Shown here piece after piece: positions 58,653-64,000 of a stretch of 64,000 nt of DNA; the first letter of the stretch is position 1; each line of letters starts with the position of its first letter. The DNA is taken from assembly GCA_963701855.1 (NCBI GenBank), contig CAVPBK010000004.1, positions 288,001 to 352,000 on the forward strand, read 5' to 3'. A program made the position numbers and the translations under genes. The DNA is from Nitrospirota bacterium. Lineage in GTDB: Bacteria; Nitrospirota; Nitrospiria; Nitrospirales; Nitrospiraceae. Under the pieces are notes generated by a model, which was not told where the DNA came from, did no database searches, and was given only the letters and a program-made list of their open reading frames with translations.

Positions 58653-61600
58653 GATACCCGCTCCATCAACGAACGTTCCCGGGAAACAGGCAGGCAGAGG
58701 GTAAAGGTCGTCCCTCTCCCGACTTCGCTGTCTACCAGGATCTTTCCTCCGTGGCGCTCGACGATGCCCAGACTGACCGACAGGCCGAGTCCGGTTCCTT
58801 CGCCTTCGCTCTTAGTCGTAAAGAACGGATCGAAAATCCTCGGCAGGATCGCCGGCGGAATGCCCGATCCCGTATCGCGCACTTCGATCAGACAGATTCC
58901 TTCAGCCACGGACGTTCGGATCGTCAGCACTCCTCCGTCTTTCATCGCTTGCACCGCATTCAATACCAGATTCATGAGCACCTGCTCCATCATATGGCGA
59001 TCAACCATAACATTCGGCAGCCCTTGACCGAATCCCGTTTCCAGCATGATGTGGTTCGGGGCAAGGAGATGCGTCGTCAAGACCAACACCCGATCCACGA
59101 CGTGATTGATGTCCGTCAGGGCAAATTCCGGCTCATGCTGCTGAGAGAAATCGAGGAGCTGCCGAACGATCTTCTGTACGCGTCGCACCCCATCTTCCAT
59201 CGACGACCAATACTCCTCTTGCCGGCTCGGCGACAACGCCCCCTTCCGCAAGTTGTAGAGACAGTTGAGGATGCCCCCCAGGGGATTGTTGATCTCGTGC
59301 GCGACCCCTGCTGCCAGCTTTCCGACCGAAGCCAGTTTCTCCGAGTTCCTGATCTGCTGCTCCAATTTTTTGGTCTCCGTCATGTCGCGCGCAATGCCCA
59401 GCACGCCAAGGATCGCTCCCTCGACCCCATGCAGTGGTGAGACACTCACCATCACAGCCCTTGGCTCCCCTGTGCGAGTCACCACTTCGACCTCATAGAC
59501 CTGCTTCGCACCGATATCCAAGGTGCTCTTGAGACGCTTCCCGCGATGACGCTTGGAGAGAAGGGCGAGGTAGGGGCGCCCGAGCAGATCGTCTTTCCGG
59601 TACCCCCATGCTTCAATCTTGCTGTTGACATAGGTGAACCGCTGCTCGGTATCGAGGGTATAGATGACATCGTTGGCGTTCTCGAGCAGATTTTCGAGAT
59701 ACTGCGTGGTCTCTTCAATTTCCCGCGTGCGCTCTCGTACCTTACCCTCCAACTCTTCTCGGTATGTCTCCAGCTGCCGTTCGAGCCGCTTCCGGTCAGT
59801 AATATCCCGTAACTGCACCATCACCAATAGTTGGTCGGCCACTCCGACAGGAATCAAGTTCATTTCGACCGGCATGTCCAGTCCTCCGGCATGACGCACC
59901 ATGATCTCCTGGGTAGACACTTTCCGTTGTCCGGAAATGACGTCGCTCAGCCATCCGCGCAACGGATCGTGATAACCGGAAAGAATGACTTCGAGCAGAC
60001 TGCGGCCGACCACGGACGCCTCTGCATACCCCAGCGCTTGCTCCTCACGTTTGTTGACGGCGACGATCATGCCCTTCGAATCCACCATAAACACCGAATC
60101 TGCCACCAAGTCGAACAACGCCTTGTACCGCGCCTGCGAGGCTACGAGCTGTTGCGTTCGCTCCGACACGGCCTGTTCAAGCGTTGCCGTGTATTCTTGC
60201 AGATGTTGCTCAAGCCGGCGGCGTTCGGTCACGTCGCGCACAAACGCGCGCGAGTGAACCAACCCGCCACGCTCTTGATCCATCAGCGCCGTGGCATGGA
60301 TCTCCACATCGATCGGGTGACCATCTTTGGCCAGAAACACCGTCTCCATCGAACTGCGACCTTGCGCCACCAATCGTTCCAAATATTGCAATACGAATGG
60401 CTCCTGGCCACGCGGCACAAGGTCCCAGAGCCGCATCGCCAGCATCTCATTGAGCGTGTACTTCAGCTTTTCGAGCCCCATCTTGTTCACATGGACGAAT
60501 CGGCCGCTCCGGTTCAATTGATAGATCATCTCAGGAGAGTGCTCGATCAGATCGCGGTACTTTTCTTCCAGGCGGCGCACATCCACCACGCGTTGTTCGA
60601 TCTGCGCAAACGACCGTTGTAAATTCTCTGCCATCTGATTGAACGCATCGGCGAGCCCTTCGATTTCATCGCCGGTCTTCAGTTCCAGCCGCCGGTCCAA
60701 TCGCCCGCTTCCGATTTCGCGCACCCCGTCGTGTAACAACTGAATGGGCCGGGCGATCCGGCGTGCGACGACCACCCCAGTCCCCCACAGCACGGCGAGC
60801 ACGAGCAACCCATAGAGCAGCACTTTCGCCACGAGTTCAGCGAGCGGCGCATAGGTCTCCTGGGGATCCTGCCGCACCACAGTAATCCACTGATGTCCTC
60901 CGAGGCTCCCCTGAGCCAAGCTCTCGCCGAATCGGACCGGAGCGAATCCGATCAAGGCATTCTGGCCTCCATGCGAATCGTCTGCGGCAACGGTCCAGCC
61001 GGCTTCCAGCCCGCCGAGAGCGCCGATGAATTCAGGCCGCACCGTATGCGCTTCCGGGGCCAGGATCGGACAGATCACGGGAACACCATCGGAACTGAAC
61101 AACATCGCGTGACCGGTCGCCCCAATCGCCACCTCGGCAATGGCATGAAAAATCGTGTCTCGACGCAACAGAATGGTGACCGTTCCAATCACCGTCTCTT
61201 TTGTATCGTCAAAAATTGGTGCCGCCACCACGACCACATGAGTCCCGAACGCGGGATCGAAAACAATCTCGCTCACATAGCCCCTGGAACTTCCCCCCTT
61301 CATCACCGCTTGCCACCATAGTGTCTTCCCGTAAAAATACTCCACTTGTGGAATGGAGCTGACCACCAGCGCTCCCTGCTGATCGGTCACCAGTATCCCG
61401 ACATAGTCCGATTTGCGGATATCGTGCCACCGGATGAGGTAGTTCGTGACAATGCGATTGATGAAGAGGGGAAATTCGCTTTGTTTGCCCCGCTGACGCC
61501 ACCGCTGCTGCCAATCCTTGATCATGCCCTGGATGCTCCGCGCATCCTTTCCCTCATACGTGCGGTTGGCTTCGGTCACAGCGGTGTGGAGAAAGGGGGT

Positions 61601-61828
61601 TGTGGCGAGCTGCTGGGCCTCGTTCATCCCACGGCTAACCTGCATCTCGATGCGGCGAGCGGCTTCAACGGCGGCTTCCTTAAAGTTGGAGCCGGTCACT
61701 TCTCGAAGCGCACGCCGCTCCTCGACGTAGATGAGCACAAGCAGAATGGTCAGGGGTAGGAGTCCGACCAGTACGATCGCCGCGATGATCTTGCGCTGGA
61801 GATTGTGAGACCGACTCCAGAATGTCAT
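58649..61828 (-). CDS. Cache/HAMP/multi-PAS sensor histidine kinase
   Basis: 2 TM, HAMP, three PAS, AHEINNPL, NLVLNA, DPFFTTK, GTGLGL; 4-nt overlap with the regulator. Confidence 0.93.
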   Translation of the reverse strand: MTFWSRSHNLQRKIIAAIVLVGLLPLTILLVLIYVEERRALREVTGSNFKEAAVEAARRIEMQVSRGMNEAQQLATTPFLHTAVTEANRTYEGKDARSIQGMIKDWQQRWRQRGKQSEFPLFINRIVTNYLIRWHDIRKSDYVGILVTDQQGALVVSSIPQVEYFYGKTLWWQAVMKGGSSRGYVSEIVFDPAFGTHVVVVAAPIFDDTKETVIGTVTILLRRDTIFHAIAEVAIGATGHAMLFSSDGVPVICPILAPEAHTVRPEFIGALGGLEAGWTVAADDSHGGQNALIGFAPVRFGESLAQGSLGGHQWITVVRQDPQETYAPLAELVAKVLLYGLLVLAVLWGTGVVVARRIARPIQLLHDGVREIGSGRLDRRLELKTGDEIEGLADAFNQMAENLQRSFAQIEQRVVDVRRLEEKYRDLIEHSPEMIYQLNRSGRFVHVNKMGLEKLKYTLNEMLAMRLWDLVPRGQEPFVLQYLERLVAQGRSSMETVFLAKDGHPIDVEIHATALMDQERGGLVHSRAFVRDVTERRRLEQHLQEYTATLEQAVSERTQQLVASQARYKALFDLVADSVFMVDSKGMIVAVNKREEQALGYAEASVVGRSLLEVILSGYHDPLRGWLSDVISGQRKVSTQEIMVRHAGGLDMPVEMNLIPVGVADQLLVMVQLRDITDRKRLERQLETYREELEGKVRERTREIEETTQYLENLLENANDVIYTLDTEQRFTYVNSKIEAWGYRKDDLLGRPYLALLSKRHRGKRLKSTLDIGAKQVYEVEVVTRTGEPRAVMVSVSPLHGVEGAILGVLGIARDMTETKKLEQQIRNSEKLASVGKLAAGVAHEINNPLGGILNCLYNLRKGALSPSRQEEYWSSMEDGVRRVQKIVRQLLDFSQQHEPEFALTDINHVVDRVLVLTTHLLAPNHIMLETGFGQGLPNVMVDRHMMEQVLMNLVLNAVQAMKDGGVLTIRTSVAEGICLIEVRDTGSGIPPAILPRIFDPFFTTKSEGEGTGLGLSVSLGIVERHGGKILVDSEVGRGTTFTLCLPVSRERSLMERVS

Positions 61829-61957
61829 GGGTATGCCCCATCTCGCTATTGACGCGGGACTCGCGAGACTTGCAAGAAAAGCGGGACGGGTCGGAAGTTT
61901 CATCTTCGCGAGTCGCGCCCTTCACGCACGTCTCGCTTCTCGCGCCTGTGATTCCGG

Positions 61958-62875
61958 CTAGCTCCGCTTCAAGAGCCGCCCGGACCCTCCCGGCCAGAGC
62001 AACAGCAACGGACTCGCGACGAAGACAGACGAATAGGTCCCGAAGATCACGCCCCACAACAGGGCAAGCGAGAAATCGTGCAAGACCTCTCCGCCGGCCA
62101 ACGCCAGAGGAATCAGCACCAACACGACTGTCAAACTCGTAACGATCGTGCGGCTCAAGACTTGGTTGACCGCATTGTTGATGATCGTCTCTTCGCTCTC
62201 TCGTCGCCGCATCCGAAGATTTTCCCTGATCCGGTCGAATACGACGACCGTATCCGTCATGGAGTAGCCGGCTAATGTCAGCAATGCCGTCACGACGAGC
62301 AGGGTAATTTCTTTATCCAGAATATAAAAGGCACCTAACACCGCCAACACGTCATGAAAGGTCGCCAACGCCGCGGCGATACCAAAGCGAAGCTCGAACC
62401 GCGCCGCCACGTAGATAATGATCCCGGCAAAGGAAATGAGGATCGCAATGAGAGCATCTCCTTGAAGTTTCTGCCCGATAGTCGGCCCGATTTCCGTGCT
62501 GGAATCGATCACGAAATGGTTCGAGGAAAATTCCTTCGTAAAGACCGCCACGACCCGATCGGCGACCTTCTCCTCGATGGTCGTCGAAGCCTTCAGGCGG
62601 ATCAGGAGCTTGTTCTCCTGGCCAAATTCTTGCAACTCGGCGTTGCCCAGGCCGTTCGCCTCCAAGATTTTCCTCGCTTCGTCTATCCGGATCGGTTGGT
62701 CGAACTTCAACTGCACCGCGGTCCCACCCGAGAAATCGATGCCGAGGTTTGCCGCCCCTCTGCCAATCTGAATGAGCGCCACAAGTCCCAGCACCACCAT
62801 AATGCCGGAAAACATAAAGGCCCAGCGGCGCTGCCCCATGAAATCGATCGTAGTTTTTCCGAGAATCTCCAACAT
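61958..62875 (-). CDS. secF: Protein translocase subunit SecF
   Basis: LGIDFSGGT, HDV, GYSMTDTVVVFDRIRE. Confidence 0.95.
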   Translation of the reverse strand: MLEILGKTTIDFMGQRRWAFMFSGIMVVLGLVALIQIGRGAANLGIDFSGGTAVQLKFDQPIRIDEARKILEANGLGNAELQEFGQENKLLIRLKASTTIEEKVADRVVAVFTKEFSSNHFVIDSSTEIGPTIGQKLQGDALIAILISFAGIIIYVAARFELRFGIAAALATFHDVLAVLGAFYILDKEITLLVVTALLTLAGYSMTDTVVVFDRIRENLRMRRRESEETIINNAVNQVLSRTIVTSLTVVLVLIPLALAGGEVLHDFSLALLWGVIFGTYSSVFVASPLLLLWPGGSGRLLKRS

Positions 62876-62890
62876 GCTGGCTCCTTCGAA

Positions 62891-64000
62891 CTAGATGCTT
62901 AACTGTTCCACTTTGCGTCGTTGATTCAAGAGGTCGAAGATGACCTTGGTGCCGATCAGGGCCGTAAACAGATTGATCCCGATTCCGAGACAGAGGGTCA
63001 CGGCGAATCCTTTGATCGGTCCTGTGCCGAAGAGGAACAGCGCCACCCCCGTGATGAGGGTGGTCACGTGAGAGTCGACAATCGTCAGCAGCGCCTTGTC
63101 ATATCCTCCGTCCACCGCCAGCCGAACGGCTTTGCCCGATCGCAACTCTTCGCGAATACGCTCGAAAATCAGGACGTTCGAGTCGACGCCCATCCCGATC
63201 GTGAGCACGATCCCGGCGATCCCCGGCAAGGTCAGCGTTGCGTTCAGCGCAGAAAGGGCTCCGACCAAACACAACAGATTGAGCACCAGCGCAAAGTCCG
63301 CAATCACCCCGGACATCCGGTAATACACGATCATGAAAATGACTACCATGGCGCCGGCAAACAGTGTGGCCTGCACACCTTTCTCGATCGAATCCTTCCC
63401 CAGCGACGGCCCGACCGTGAGGTCTTGAATGATCTTGAGCGGAGCCGGCAAGGCGCCGGCCCGGAGCACGATAGCCAAATCATTGGCCTCTTGCATGGAA
63501 AAGCTCCCGGTGATTTGCGCGCGTCCTCCGGTAATGCGGTCCTGAATCACCGGCGCTGAATAGATTGTGTTATCGAGTACGACTGCCATGCGCTTCTTGA
63601 TATTGTCGCCCGTAATCCGTTCGAATTCCCGGCCGCCCTTCCCGTCAAATGTGATCGACACATAGGGATCGTTGAATTGACCGATCGAGACCCGTGCATC
63701 GCTCAACACATCGCCGGTCAACATGACCCGTTTTTTTACGAGATAGGGAATGCGATATTCACGGCCGGTGTCTTTTTCAACTCCCCGCTCGAAGAGGATC
63801 TGATCGCCTTCCGGCAGTTTTCCCTCCACCTGCTTCAGCACATCTACTTCTTTATCTTTCGGAATACGGGCAGGCAGATCGAGCTTCGGCTGATTGTCCT
63901 CATCGAGCATCTTAAACTCGAGCAACGCTGTTTCCTTGATCAGATCCCTGGCGCGCTTGGGCTCTTTGACACCGGGCAGCTGCACGACGATCTGCTTCAA
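62891..64000 (-). CDS. secD: Protein translocase subunit SecD (5' truncated by window)
   Basis: [40 protein letters not shown]. Confidence 0.95.
   Translation of the reverse strand: MKQIVVQLPGVKEPKRARDLIKETALLEFKMLDEDNQPKLDLPARIPKDKEVDVLKQVEGKLPEGDQILFERGVEKDTGREYRIPYLVKKRVMLTGDVLSDARVSIGQFNDPYVSITFDGKGGREFERITGDNIKKRMAVVLDNTIYSAPVIQDRITGGRAQITGSFSMQEANDLAIVLRAGALPAPLKIIQDLTVGPSLGKDSIEKGVQATLFAGAMVVIFMIVYYRMSGVIADFALVLNLLCLVGALSALNATLTLPGIAGIVLTIGMGVDSNVLIFERIREELRSGKAVRLAVDGGYDKALLTIVDSHVTTLITGVALFLFGTGPIKGFAVTLCLGIGINLFTALIGTKVIFDLLNQRRKVEQLSI

Noticed and set aside
1..64000. tRNA, rRNA, integrase, transposase or prophage genes
   Set aside because: None recognised by eye; a covariance-model scan would be needed to exclude small RNAs.

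Overview
Bacterial chromosomal segment, very probably from a Nitrospira-like nitrite oxidiser. This is inferred from two NxrC/EbdC-like heme-b proteins with a TorD-family chaperone, a Pup gene ending in GGE, and SmbP. The housekeeping backbone comprises htpX, pepF, relA/spoT, recJ, pup, hppA, an NtrC-type two-component system and secF/secD. A nitrite-oxidoreductase accessory cluster lies at about 38.6-53 kb. There are three accessory or defence patches: (i) 6.2-10.5 kb, with a uvrA fragment, a DUF1566 protein, a PD-(D/E)xK nuclease, a divergent SurE and an HTH-WYL-WCX regulator; (ii) 27.8-38 kb, a type I R-M system with an AbiE toxin-antitoxin pair between hsdS and hsdR and many single-base frameshifts in hsdM/hsdS; (iii) 54.9-57.2 kb, with a DUF3800-like gene, hicB and a deleted hicA. 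Best candidate for a new system: two unannotated promoters downstream of the WYL gene share a GTGAC-N7-GTCA palindrome followed by TGTCA(T/C)-N10-TAnnnT, the geometry of mycobacterial PafBC-activated promoters. One drives a SurE plus nuclease pair, the other a small lipoprotein-like ORF. Also found: an unlisted 37-aa single-TM microprotein directly upstream of nxrC, a perfect Fur box before bfd, and a family of modular MITE-like repeats. All product calls come from motif recognition by eye; no database searches were run.
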